The position numbers and the translations under genes are program-made. Shown piece after piece: positions 50,901-64,000 of a stretch of 64,000 nucleotides of DNA. Location of the stretch: NCBI GenBank assembly GCA_043228905.1, contig JBHGNT010000003.1, positions 15,128,001-15,192,000 on the forward strand, given 5' to 3'. The stretch is from Azolla caroliniana (Eukaryota > Plantae > Polypodiophyta). The notes under the pieces were generated by a model that had not been told where the DNA came from, did no database searches, and saw only the letters and a list, made by a program, of their open reading frames with translations. The stretch's first letter is position 1. The number at the start of each line of letters is the position of its first letter.

Positions 50901-53900
50901 GTGCTTACCTCCTGTGTTTTTTCTGAGATTTGAGGTTAAATTATTTGAATGTAACATGGTATTCTGTATTAAGTGCTGTTTTGTTTCTGTGCTCCACAGA
51001 AACCACTGGGAATAATTGCACTTCTGGATGAAGCATGGTATGCTCTTCGAATGCTAGTTTAATGCTTGTGCAGTTCACGGTCATGAATTTCATACTCAAT
51101 GGTTCTAACTTCTAGGAAGATAATGAGAATTATGTCTTGCATTTTTCTTCAATTTGACTACCTATACCTTCAAAACCAAAGGTTCCACTGGTAAAGTTTC
51201 GTCAAACACAATTATATTACTATACACACACACAGACACACACACACCGAGATTTTTCCTGTAATTTGAAACTTAACGAAAATTTTGTGAAAGAAAAATA
51301 CATCTCTATGAGAACAAATGACCTTGGCAATATCGGCAAAGATTTTAAGTATACAACCAAGAGCCATTAATCTCTATCCTAAAAAGCTAACAAAGGGCTA
51401 CTTCAAGTACTGCCAAGATTAAATTTTTTTATGTAGCATCAGATGCAAATGACAGAAAAGGCGATGTATGAAGACAAATGACTAATGAATAAATCAATCA
51501 AATGAAATCATATATAGAAAAAACTTTGAAAAGGGAAATACAACACAATGAAAATGGAGAACCACATGCCCTTTTGAAAGATATATTGATGTCTTTAAGA
51601 AGCCAAAATTGCCTACGAGACTGAACGAGAGAGTACTACTTAAAATGTTGTCTCATCTTTGAGAGCAACAAACCATAATAAATATTATAGAACTGCCAGA
51701 ACCAAAGATCTCGTTAGGTATGCACTTAAACATTCTAAGCTTAGCTGGACTGAAACGTTTGTCTTAGGAAGATCTTGGACGTGTGCTGATCCAAGATAAA
51801 GAGGTCTTGAAGTGATGGAAGCACCTTCGGTATCGGATGATAATGGCCTTTATTGTATTGGTATTGCCTGATCTCCTGTAACCCCATCAAATGTTGTGGT
51901 TGGGGCCGTTCTGCATCCCACCGGGGCGCATTTGTGGCTTCCATTTGCTTCCTTCCCAGAAATTTCAAGCACTTTTTAACTCTCTTTTCAAAGTTATTTT
52001 CATCTTTCCCTTGCAATACTTTTTTGCTATTGGTCTCTTGCTTGTATTTAGCCTTGGATGGAATTTACTCCCAGTTAGGGTTGCATTCCCAAACAGCCTG
52101 ACTCATTGACGATGCTGGGTTGGGGGACGGTTAACATTGTTGTGGTCTAAAAACTTCATCGGACCATTCAATTGATGGGAGCGATGGGCGGTTCTTAGTA
52201 GGAATTCCTCATTGAAGGTCAATAATTGCAATGATCTTAGAGCACATTTGATATGCAATAAAATTCCATATATGGTAAAATGATTCATAAATGTTCTAAT
52301 CTCAATCTCTAATTAATTGACTTGAAGAGGTTCTGAGCTTCCCTATCACATGACAAACCACATGAGATAGATGTGAATCCATGTAAGAGGCCTAATGAGA
52401 AATTAATCATGCGTCATGTGTAAGAGGGCATTATATTGGGTTGCATTTCCACCAAGAGCCATCATGGGGCTGATCATGTTCTTGCATTATCCAATTTAAT
52501 GATATCTGTTTGGATCACTCTATCCTTTTCACTTTGGTGATGAGTGTGGAGAGTTCATGGTATATTGGAATGGTGATAGTGCGTTTATATTTATGCCATG
52601 TGATTGGAGCCATTCTTGTATTTCAGTATACCAACAATGATTATCTCCGTGTTCTACCCGCTATTTCGATGATGTAATTGCCAATCTTATGAAATCACAA
52701 CATTGTTCTGGGAATTGCATACATACACATTGTCTTTCAAGGGCATCAAAGACTGCATATCCACGAGAAAGTTGAGCATAGGAAGCCTTCATAGGGGGAA
52801 CTGAGCCCCCCTGAATGCTGCCTCTAGGTATGCATACCACCTTTTTCCTTTTCGATAAGAATTCTGGTTTTGATGCTATTACCTATTCTTGAGTGGTGTT
52901 TTTGAAGATTTGGAGAACTGGATAGGTAGTCCTCATGCAACAGAAATAGAAAGAAATGTATAATAATGTCTTTTAAAAGGCCAAAATGACCCACGGGATC
53001 AAACAATAGGTTATCTCTTAAAATGCTGTCTTGTCTTTGACAACAACTAAAAGTAAGTGAATACTAAATAAATATAAAAGTGACGAAAACATCCCACTAT
53101 CTATACATATAAAGAATCTAACTCACATAGAGTTGAGTATGTGGAAGCATAGTGCGTGTGTGAGAGTTGGGTGTGTGAGCAAGAGAAGGAATCTGAGAAA
53201 ATAACCAGAAAATAAGAAAATACATAGTAGGGGGATGATAGAACATGCACTAAAGAAAAGACTATATTAATTAACTAAAGATCATCAACTTAACACAATG
53301 GGCCAAGGGGGTTTTATATACAAGTCCTCAAGGAACTGCCACATTAAATGTGGTTGGTGGAATCTAATTAAGATATCCACTCGAGTATGATTTTTTCATA
53401 AGAATATCTGGTGTTCTTTGACTACATTCACACTTGACAACTACATGGGTACATTAAAGTGTGCTCATACACTTTTTTTCACACTTTGTGCTTTTTCTTC
53501 AGAAGCTTGATTCTCAACAATTCTCATGTGTGATAAATTGTGCTTTTTGTCGTCAAACGACTTCAGCATAGGTCCACCCAGAATGGAGAGGTCTTCGAAG
53601 CGAGGAAGCACCAGCATGGTGGGAGATAATGGCCTTTATCTGTCAATGACAAGGATGATAAGATCATGGTTCATGATGACAGGGACTAGCATGACAAATT
53701 GCTATTTCCCAATCTATTGTAACCCCTTTGTAATGTTCTAGTGGGGAACCCATTTATGTAGTCCTTGATTGACCTGTAGCATGAGTATGAAAGTTGTGAT
53801 TTTTCTTGTTGATGAGCTTGTGTCGCTCTATTCTTCTCATTATGTCTCTCAAGTTCTAGCAAGAAAATTCTTGGGCACTGTTGGTTATATATTCCATTAA

Positions 53901-56900
53901 CCCTCTTTGAGGCAATGGTATCTCCTCTTATTTCATTAAAAACAACACGTGAGAAACTTAGTGTTGTTCAAATTCCACTTCACGATGACCATGACCCTCG
54001 TGTTAGGGATCAATAGATACTCTGCTTTTTGTTGAAATTTTTCCTAAGCATTTCAGCTATGAAGTTTGGTATTTGGAACCAGATTGGCTAGTGTACGGAT
54101 GTTGGACAGCCAAGGATGTGTATAATGAACCAAAAGTTATATAGAGTAAGCTTGGGAGTAGTTTCTGATAAGGGACAATATGTAAGATAACTCAAGTTCC
54201 TTTTTTGACATGTCAATAATCCTTCTTTAATATCCCTTGATAGTTTCGTTCCCTAACTGTGGATCCGCGTTCATGCTAGCGATAAATGGATTCTCTGCAT
54301 TTGAATGAAATGTATACAACCTGCTTGCTATCCAATCTGAAATTTGGAACCAGTTTGAGTAATGCAATGGTGTTGAACATTCAGGAATGTGTAGAATGAC
54401 CAAAGATATATGTGTAGAATGTGTAGAATGGTAGATTCTGACAAGTGATAGTCCCATCTAAGGTAAATCAAGATGTTATTTGGATATAGCCATCAATTTT
54501 CAGTCATCCTTGTTTCCAGGTTTAGTTCATAAAACTTCTGTAATTTTTTCTCTCAATCTCAGATGTGACGGCTCTTCACCTATAATGGGGTTTGTAGCAG
54601 CTGTTTTTTTAACATTTGGATTAGTGCAGCATCTTTCTTAATTTATTTAGTTTGCACCTGATTCTGGAAAAAAATGTTGAAGGCTCAAATAAGTTTGCCG
54701 CAAGGTAATATTCTTTTTGCTGCAAGGTTTTAATTCAACCTGTGGAATTGGCTTTTGCAGCATGTTCCCTAAATCAACACATGAAACATTTGCTAGCAAG
54801 CTTTTTCAGACATTCAATAACCATAAAAGGTTCACAAAACCCAAGCTTTCGAGAACTGATTTCATCATTTCACATTATGCTGGTGACGTAAGCCATATAA
54901 TTTATTACTCTTGATTTTCTTGCATTTTACATTATTTCTGAGACTGGTGCCTTCTATTCAGGTAACTTATGAGGCAAACTTGTTTCTTGAAAAAAACAAA
55001 GACTACGTTGTAGGAGAGCATCAAGCACTATTAGGTTCATCTGAATGCCCATTTGTTGCTGGCCTGTTCCCAGCATTGCCTGAAGAATCCTCGAAGTCTT
55101 CATACAAGTTCTCCTCAATTGGAACTCGTTTCAAGGTTTGAATCCTGAAATCTACATTGCATTGTCCCAACTGGAAATGAAAACTTGATTGGACTGTGAA
55201 AGCGCAAAAACTATGCATATATATAATTCAGATAGCGTTCTCAAGCTGATGGGACGAGTCTTTCGTGTTGTACTTTGATCAAAGCTTAGCTGCACAAGGA
55301 AGCTACCTTGTATATATGCAATTTAATTTTGCTTTATTTTACCAGAAATTCTATATGATTCACATGGATGTAAATTCTGGTGTCATAGGCCACTTAACAG
55401 AAGGGTTACAGAACAATTCTTTCTTTCGAGGTTTATTAGATAGGGTGTGATCTCAGTCCTTTACTCGTTGTTCTAGCAACACACCCTATTTTGACAATTT
55501 TATGCCATTTGACTGCAAATGAGGATGTAATAGTCTTGTCTCTCCCTTGTCAGGAAGAGCTACTGGCCAAGCCTTGGAAGATGATACATTTATGATTTTT
55601 TGGGCTGACTTCAATATGTGTATGGCTATCGACATACCCCCAAATCAGCGTTCATCAGTTGTATAGAACACAATCTGCTGACGTTGGGTTGGCAGGGGCA
55701 GGCTGTAATTCATGAAAATATTACGAGACACCCTTGGGCATGCAAACGTTGTCAAAGCAGATTTTTGATTGCATCTCAACATCCACTGCAGAAAAACATT
55801 TGTATTGGAAATCACATCCATGGCCTTTTTGTGTGCGTCTTAAGGTTGCCCAAAAGATTTCACTACCCATGTTTTTGATTTGATTGATTGGATCTCAACG
55901 TGATTTGCTGACTCTGGGATGGCAGAGGCAGGTGGTAACTCATGGAAATCTTACACCTTGGGTATCCCTTTGGCATAGAGTCTTGTCTAAACAGTCACTT
56001 CATTCAATCTCAACGTGCATTGCATACAAAATTATCCATTGGAATCACAGACATGGATTTTTCATAAGCATCTGAAGTCTTCTCAGAAGATTATGCTACC
56101 CGTGTTTTCATATTATTTCACATTCATGGCTTGGTCTAAGACGGGTTTACAGGATATTGGAAAATTGATTTATTGGAAAATGTACTTAACACATTCTGGT
56201 ATGACTTGGATTTTATGCTATCATATCTGTACACATAATAAAATGGGATAAATGTGTGTTTAAACCGGTCCATATTTAGAGATGTGTGCAGATGACCACC
56301 TTCGGTTTCCATTGCACTATTCTTCTTGGAAGAAATGGGTATCAAAACACCCACATTCTGGCATCATGGTAGCATGCCATCAATTCTATCATCCATGCTG
56401 AGCTACTTGATTCTTTCTTGGAAAGCAGAACTTCAATTTTCCAGATCACATTCAACAAATGTTCACTTGCTAGCCAATTCTCATAAGGCTGAAATCTTGG
56501 CTATTTTAAATGTTATTTAATGGAGGGAAAAATACCAAGAAACCTCCAAAATTGAATAGGATGGTGAGGCTTGGTCTAATCTGTGTTCCTTATTTGGTTT
56601 GCCTGCATGGTTCACTTTAACTGTGCTTAATGGCCCATTCTGGAGGGCACAGTCATATCAGCTGTTTGAGAAGTTTCCCTCACTGGCAGTTGTGCGCTGA
56701 ACCTACGAGGGTTGTACTAGCAAGGATGATTTGGCTTCTTGATAGGGGCCCTCTCTTTGGTTTCTTTGTTAGAAATGTGCTTTTTTGTGACTTAAAACAT
56801 TAAGTAATATATTTTCCCATTAGAAAACATGATATTGTTAGATATTCAGTTTCAATGCTTGAAAGGGGTTACAATAAATTAGGCAATAGCAATGTTCTGT

Positions 56901-59900
56901 GCACATAGGCCATGCCGTCTGGACCATGTCTTCAAAACCCTTGACATCTAAAAATAACAGTCATATCACCTGAGACTGAAGGTGCTTCCCTTGCTTTAGA
57001 GACCTCTCCATCCTGGAAGGCTGAAGTTTCAGTCTATATAAGTTCAGAATCTTAAAGCTATTATATGTAGATTCTTTAGTATTCTATGTTTAGCTATATT
57101 TATTGTAATTTGTTATTCTCAAAGATGAGAGAATATTGTTTTGGCGTCTTATATGCCATTTTGGTCTCTTAAAAGACGTTATTATAGCTTTCTTTCTTCT
57201 TTGAATGTTTGTAAAGGATTCTAGGACCTTCTGGACAATAGGAATAATTCATGGCTTTACTTAAAGTTATTACCATCTGACTGCATAAAGTGTTATGTTG
57301 CAGCAACAATTGCAAGCACTTATGGAGACACTAAATTCCACACAGCCTCATTACATACGTTGTGTGAAACCAAATGCAGAAAATAAACCAGGTCGTTTTG
57401 ACAATCATAATGTTCTGCAGCAACTTCGTTGTGGAGTACGTTCTGGCATTTCATATTTTGATTATTTAATGGTTTGTGTAGAATTTGAAGTGCTAATAAC
57501 ATAACATGGTTTCAGGGTGTTCTTGAAGCTATCCGAATTAGTTGTGCTGGATATCCAACAAGGAGGTCATTTGATGAATTCATTGATCGATTCGGTCTTC
57601 TTGCACCTGAAGTGCAGGATGAAAGGTAAAAGGATTTGATCAACAAATTGACTTTGCTAACAAGCATACTAATCATGTACTGGTTTTTCTGAAGTTTTGA
57701 TGAAAAAGCTGCTACAGAGCAAATTTTGAAGAAGGGAAACTTGAGTAATTACCAGGTAAAGACCATTTTGATATTATGCATTCACTGAACACTTGTTCTA
57801 GATAAGAATGGTTCTTATATTAGCTTCTCTGGGCCAATGAACGTCCTGTACTGATTGATATCCTTTTACAAAATAGATAGGTAAAACAAAAGTCTTTCTT
57901 AGAGCTGGACAGTTGGCTGAACTAGATGCTAGACGGGCGGAAGTTCTTGGAAATGCTGCAAAACTGATCCAGCGTAGGGTCCGTACTTTCCTTGCACAAA
58001 GAGAACTTAGATCTTTACGTAAGGTTGCCATTTGTGTGCAAGCTCATTGGCGAGGTAAAACCCTGTCTTAACTTCACTTTTCAATATCTGGATTCTGCAC
58101 TTTATTTATAATCCTATCATCCCAGGTAAACTTGCACGAAATCAGTATGGAAACTTAAAAAGGGAATCCGCAAGCATCAAAATTCAGAAACATATGTATG
58201 GTTGGAAAGCGCGAAAAGCTTTTAAGAAGTCACGAGCAGCCGCTATTGTTATTCAGGCATGCTTTCGGGGGATGAAAGGTAGGGAGGAATTCAGATTTAG
58301 GCGACAAACTAGGGCTGCTATTAATATCCAGGTAAGTGCTCTATGAGACGTGCTGTGGTGAATGTACTGGGACTCTTAATGGCTTCTATATTTTTTATTG
58401 TTGGATAAATTATTTTATTTCTTTTGTTTAGACATGGTATCGGGGATTTAGAGCTCATTTAGATTATAAAAAGCTACATAAGGCAGCTCTGACAACACAG
58501 TGCATGTGGCGTGGACAGATAGCCAGAAAGGAGCTTAAAATCTTGAAAAAGGTAATGAAATACTTCTCAAGAAGTCTGCCTAGGGTTTACATCAATGATG
58601 ACTGCTCTAACAGATTCACAGCATAGTTATTGCTCTAACAGATCTTACTGTATAATCAGTCTATACTTCGAGTGGTTATTGCATGATCAGGATATTCTGA
58701 AGCTTATCATATGATCAGTCGTTAAAAAGTTTATGCACTATGATGTTTATCAGTTATTAGAAATTTAATTTAAATAATGAGATAACTTCAAAGACTCTCC
58801 CCAAATTTATTATTTATTCTTTTGTGGTGCAGGCTGCTAAAGAGACTGGTGCCCTGCAAGAAGCAAAGACAAAGCTTGAGAAACGCTGTGAAGAGCTCAC
58901 TTGGCGTCTCCAGTTGGAAAAACGGTTGCGGGTAAGAGACAGCTAACTAGATTTAATTCTATGATGGTTTGTCTGGCTAAAGCTATTAATGTTTGGGAAA
59001 ATAATTCTCTCTAATATAAACAAATATTTATCATCAACTGAGAGGCTGTAAAATGGAAAAGCCCCATCATGGTTTAGTAGGAGAGAATTTTGTGCAAGAA
59101 CATTTTGACTTGGAAACCATTTTGTATATGCACATGAAACTTGGTTCTGTAGGTTTCAGGAGGAGATTTACTTCCTTTGATATGGGGAGCTCTTGTTGCG
59201 GGTGGGAAGAGCTCATGGAAAGAGGATATGCTTCTGTGAAACCTTTCGCACATTACCTCAACATTGAACCATATAATTTTTGCGATCTGTTGAGGAATCA
59301 ATGTCCATGAAGTATGGAATTTACGTCCTTAAGAGGACTATCAAACAAGGTGACTAGCGCACATGGTGTAAAACAAGGATGCCCCTTATTTCCGACACTT
59401 TTTGGACTGTCTATCAAGGATTTCATGTTACATAGATCTGGTGGATCAGGTGCTAGTCTTGCCGGAGCACTCATTTTATGAATGAAAAATGCTACAGTGA
59501 CAAACATAGTGTTCTTCAGATTCCACTCCCTGATGACACAATAGGGAAATTCTTTCTTCTAGGGGTGTTCGTGCATATCTGCCGACCTCAATCTCTAACT
59601 GATATGAGGAAGTTTGCAGCACATAGAATATTCAATAGACATATATCCATATAAAAATAGCCTGATGATAAATCCATCCTCCGATGTGTGTAAAAAGTGT
59701 CTCTTATAGTGGGACATCTTCCTACCAATTGATATTTTGAGGTTGATCCATGTTATCTTGTTTTCCAAGTTAATAAATATCCGTTCAGATCAGTCTATTC
59801 TTTTCCACTTTGCTTATGTTTAGATGGGGATAATCCAAGCTATATTGGAATGGGGGCAGTGGATTTACGCTTATGGCATGAGATTTACTGTGCAAATCGG

Positions 59901-62900
59901 AGTATTTTTTGGGTGACCATGCCCTATTCGTTTGTTCATTCAACATGTTTCTAGATAGATGCGGATATGCTCGTTCCCCATGCTATCTGAGTGGATACAC
60001 TTCACCCTTCCACTGCCTATGCAGGGACTGGACCAATGTGATCTCACATTGACATTGGCGGTCCGGCTTATGGAGAAGAGATCAATTGTGGTGTGGCCTT
60101 CTCCAACCAAGAGTTACACCAAAATTCAAATATTGCACATGAATTCATCAACCACACCACACTAGATAAAGGACCCAGACACAGCACCTTACTGCAAAAC
60201 TCGAAAATCTTTTTCTTGTTCCCCCCACTCAACATCTATTTCTGCCTCTGTGGTTGCACTACTCAACCACACCACACTAGATAAAGGAACCAGACACTCA
60301 GCACCTTACTGCGAAACTCGAAAATCTTTTTCTTGTTCCCCCTACTGAACGTCTATTTCTGCCTCTCTGGTTGCACTACTCATGCTGAATCTTGATGTTA
60401 TTATTTGAAGTTATCATCCTATAGGAGACAAGTTTAATTTTTTAGTCATAGTAGAAGTTAGTGAGTTCTATTTTAATCATTTCATTCTCTGCCTGAAAGT
60501 CTAGAACTGCTTCTGAATAATGTTCTGTGCAAACAATCATCTCGTCAAATATATTTAAGTCAATCGTGTCATGTCCAGTGCTATTTATTAAGCTGCCACG
60601 GAACTATTAAGCTTATGTAATGTGACTAACTATTAGGCTTATGTGATGTAATATTTTCTCAAGTGAAAAACATCTAGATCCTCTCTTTGTTATTAAAACA
60701 TCAAATGCCATAGTACATACCCCAACGTTTTTATATTTCAGAATATATTATTTAACCCTTCCTAAATGTGGACATGTACTCTAACATGATATTTCTTTCA
60801 TGATATTTAGATGATTGACCTGGCTTTAGGCATTTTTGTAATCTGGTTTTGGTGATTCTTGCAGACAGATCTGGAGGAAGCAAAGTCTCAGGAAATATCT
60901 AAGTTAGAGGCTGCAATAACTGAGTTACAGGCTCTGAACACAAATGCACTTTCTGAAAAAGAGAGAATTATCAGCAGACAAGTTCCAACAATTAAAGAAA
61001 CAGAAGTGACAAAAATGATTGAAGTTAGCAGTTCAAAAGTGGAGAAACTCCAAGCTGAAAATGAACGTTTGATGGTAATTCCTTATTTTAGAAATCCTGT
61101 TGTGCTTCCAATGTGGAATTCTCATTATCTTTCTGTTTTCCATAGGTTTTGTCATAATAAATTTTGTAGTAAGCTCATCCGGTTGTGGCTCTAATTGTCT
61201 ATGTAATGGTTGACAAATCAGAACTTGGTAATTTCTCTCGAGAAAAAAGCTTTGGATGCAGAGAAAAAATTCTTGGATGCACAGAAAGAATGGGAAGAGA
61301 AATCAAGGAAAATATCAGAATCAGATTCCAAGATAGACCAACTCCAGAAAGCTCTGCAAAGGTTGAATGTCACATACAGATGCTTTTTCGTACTTGAAAT
61401 TTCAAAATTAAAAAAGATTTGCATTCATATATCTGGTTTTTAGGTTTGAAGAAAAGTCGTCGAACTTAGAATCAGAAAATCAAGTCCTTCGTCATCAGAG
61501 CCTAATGATATCTCCTGTGAGGAGTTTGAGTAACCGATTCAAGAGCACAATAATACAAGTTAGTTTATTCTCATTTTATACATTATATCATGCTTGCATA
61601 AAATTTCTCACAAATGATATTTATGTCTTCTCTGTCTCTAGTTACAAAAATCTTCGGAGAGTGGAATCTTTGTTAATGGGGCAACACAGATACCACCTGT
61701 ATGTAGTATGGTGTATAAATGTTTAAATTTGTATTCACGTGCATGTGTATATGGTGGTCAGTTGATGATAGGTTGTGTAACCAGAGACATTTTTATTTTG
61801 AGGTCTGACTTGTGTATCTACCCAGGAATATATTATATTTTCATTTTATTTTCTTCTAGGGAATACCATCACCTCAACAAACTGAGAAGGAGCAATCTGA
61901 GACAGAACAAAAACATAAGAAGATGCTGATAGATAGACAGCAGGTAATAAAGGATATGATAGTAAACATGGATGGATAGAGCTAGCCGATACTTACAATA
62001 AATATTATGTTCTCTAGTAGATTGTTCATGTTTTCTGTTGTTTGTGCAGGAGAATGTTGATGCACTGCTAAAATGTGTGACACAAAATATTGGCTTCAGT
62101 CAAGACAAACCAGTTGCAGCTTGTATTATTTACAAATCTCTGGTGCAGTGGCATTCTTTTGAAGCAGAAAGGACTATTGTTTTTGACCGGATCATACAAT
62201 CTATTGGCACAGTTATTGAGGTAAAATATTTAAAATATCAAACAAGAGGTTCTTTTCGATCTTGTGGTTCTTTTATACATGATGCCTTTTTTATTTTTCT
62301 ATATATGTTTTTCTGGCTTTGTAGAATCAGGAGAACAATGACATTCTAGCATATTGGCTATCCAACGTATCAATGTTACTTTTTCTTCTTCAGCGTACTT
62401 TAAAAACTGGTGGTGCAGCCGTAACTCAACTGAGACACAAAACTTCTTCTGTTACTCTTTTTGGAAGGATGGCACAAGTAATAGTTGGATGGTATCTTGT
62501 TTTTTAGTTTATTAGAGATTATGTTTTTTAATTAACAATGAGCTTAACTGCAGGGATTTCTTACATCCCCTTCTTTTGGGAATGGAGGAATCATAGGCGG
62601 GTTAGACAAGTTATGGCAAGTTGATGCAAAATACCCAGCTTTGTTGTTTAAACAGCAGCTCACTGCATATGTTGAGAAGATCTATGGAATGATTCGTGAC
62701 AATTTGAAAAAGGAAATAACCCACTTGCTTGTCCTCTGCATTCAGGTTTGTTAATAGGTTGTATTATTATGATATTATTAAATCTTGCAAAAATCTGTTT
62801 ATGTTTTATCATAAAAAATCAGAAGATGTTTCAATTTATCTCACTTTTTTACCATACTTTTGTTTTTTAATTGGATGCACACCAAAGCTCAATGTGGCTT

Positions 62901-63997
62901 GATTTGTGTTGTGTTAAGCACATGTGTCTTTGACCGTGAGAGATTAGCTTATTTTATGAAGAGCAGAAAGCAGATGATAAGAATTTCGTGAAAATGGAAA
63001 TTTCAAAATGGAGACATTTAGTCAACTTATCAGTATAAGTAACACATTAATATTGGGGCTTGTTTGGACCACATTTATTTTTCAGATGAAGCATTCAGTG
63101 AGCAGAAAAAGCTAGTAAAGATTTCAGCTTTCATGGTATTTTGGTTTGGATGGGGGATATCTACATGGAAACATGGGGAATCATTTGAAATCAACGGCAG
63201 TAATTTTCCTGCTGCTCTTTCACGTTGTATTTTTTTCCAAGAAAGGATATGACAATATTATTAGGAAACGCCCTAAAGCTGTGCATAAAATATGTACATA
63301 TAGGTCATTTCCCCCATGTTAAGTTCTAACTATCGGCTTAAATAAATACTTTGGTGTAGAGTAAAATCACTCCACCTTGTCAAAAATCTGCCTAAAAAGT
63401 ATTCCTTTGTCCCTTATCGCATGAAACTCCAATCATTGTAACTCTGCTTTGTGTGCTCTTGGATAATTTTCAGATGTTCGTGTCATCTTACTTGAAGGAT
63501 TTTATTACAGGCACCCAGAATTTCAAGAGCAAGATCTGTTCATACCAGTAGTAATGCACAGCACATGTCTGGTAGCCATTGGAACAGCATCACTAAAAGC
63601 CTCAATAACTTGCTGATTACAATGCAGGCTAATAATGTATACTTTTAAAACATTTTCACTGTTTTTCTTTTAAAGGGTGTTGGAGACCTATCATTCCGAT
63701 AATGTTCATTTGATTTTTTCCTCAGGTGCCAGCATTTCTTGTCAGGAACGTGATCACTCAGATATTCTCATGTATAAATGTTCAACTTTTTAACAGGTAT
63801 TTGTTATGTGACTCTGGAAGTCTGTATAGTGTTTTTTCTGTACTGGTATCTGGATCTTCTGTTCTTATCTCGAATTTTTTTTTAATGTATATTGCAGTCT
63901 TTTATTGAGGAGGGAATGCTGTTCATTTAGCAATGGAGAGTATCTTAAGGCTGGTTTGGCTCAACTAGAAAACTGGCTCTATGATGCTACTGAGAAG
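41960..63997 (+). CDS. XI: Myosin class XI heavy chain (SH3-like, motor, IQ, coiled coil, start of DIL domain); continues past the window end
   Basis: Exons: 41960-41962 (ATG only), 43805-43933, 44013-44156, 46512-46657, 46734-46890 (GESGAGKT), 46973-47031 ([15 protein letters not shown]), 49214-49370, 49448-49597, 49889-50025, 50111-50257, 50332-50433 (DIYGFE), 50612-50669, 50756-50857, 51000-51037, 54761-54887, 54962-55135, 57304-57435, 57516-57625, 57695-57755, 57877-58054, 58126-58331, 58432-58551, 58833-58931, 60865-61074, 61222-61361, 61444-61558, 61642-61698, 61860-61943, 62050-62220, 62325-62477, 62554-62745, 63511-63636, 63726-63796, 63898-63997 ([14 protein letters not shown]). Phases are consistent. 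Confidence 0.96.
51913..52104 (-). pseudogene. Degenerate 25S/28S rRNA fragment (D1-D2 flanking region) in myosin intron 14
   Basis: TTTCAAGCACT..AACTCTCTTTTCAAAGT..TTTTCATCTTTCCC...GTATTTAGCCTTGGATGGAATTTAC...TGCATTCCCAAACA matches the reverse complement of conserved LSU rRNA as recalled. Confidence 0.85.
52125..52236 (-). pseudogene. Degenerate 18S rRNA 3'-region fragment with an internal deletion
   Basis: CGGACCATTCAAT.G..GGAGCGATGGGCGGT followed by TAGGAATTCCTC.TTGAAG..CAA.AATTGCAATGATC, the reverse complement of conserved SSU rRNA. The intervening GTGTACAAAGGGCAGGG block is missing. Confidence 0.85.
55673..56109. repeat. Old ~230-bp tandem duplication in myosin intron 16
   Basis: T.TGCTGAC..TGGG.TGGCAG.GGCAGG..GTAA.TCATG.AAAT...CTACCC.TGTTTT occurs twice. 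Confidence 0.7.
59050..59720 (+). mobile_element. Non-LTR (LINE) reverse-transcriptase remnant in myosin intron 23
   Basis: [15 protein letters not shown] at ~59365-59410 is the LINE RT QGxPLSP motif. Boundaries are approximate. Confidence 0.65.
60151..60382. repeat. ~115-bp tandem duplication in myosin intron 23
   Basis: ACCACACCACACTAGATAAAGG...GGTTGCACTACTCA occurs twice. Confidence 0.9.
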
Positions 63998-64000
63998 GTA

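Overview
Eukaryotic (land-plant) nuclear DNA, so the raw ORF track is mostly misleading. Positions 1-27.9 kb are a stack of nested, decayed LTR retrotransposons: three Ty1/Copia copies (A, B, C), Ty3/Gypsy remnants including a near-complete chromovirus (D), at least three solo LTRs and a MITE-like insert. Most boundaries, PBSs, PPTs and TSDs can be read directly. Positions 30.2-36.7 kb hold a 12-exon GT31 hydroxyproline O-galactosyltransferase-like gene (+). From 42.0 kb to the window end is a class XI myosin gene (+, 34 exons seen, incomplete at the 3' end) whose long introns carry LINE remnants, tandem duplications and a collapsed 18S/25S rDNA pseudogene. The most unusual object is minus-strand element E (23528-27375). 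It has a tRNA-Trp PBS followed immediately by an open ~550-codon non-Gag ORF built from acidic Cys/His 22-aa repeats, and its LTR contains two back-to-back tRNA-like (A-box/B-box) modules. An unrelated solo LTR (11167-11592) also carries a tRNA-like module plus a perfect heat-shock element array. All coordinates were read by eye and no searches were run.
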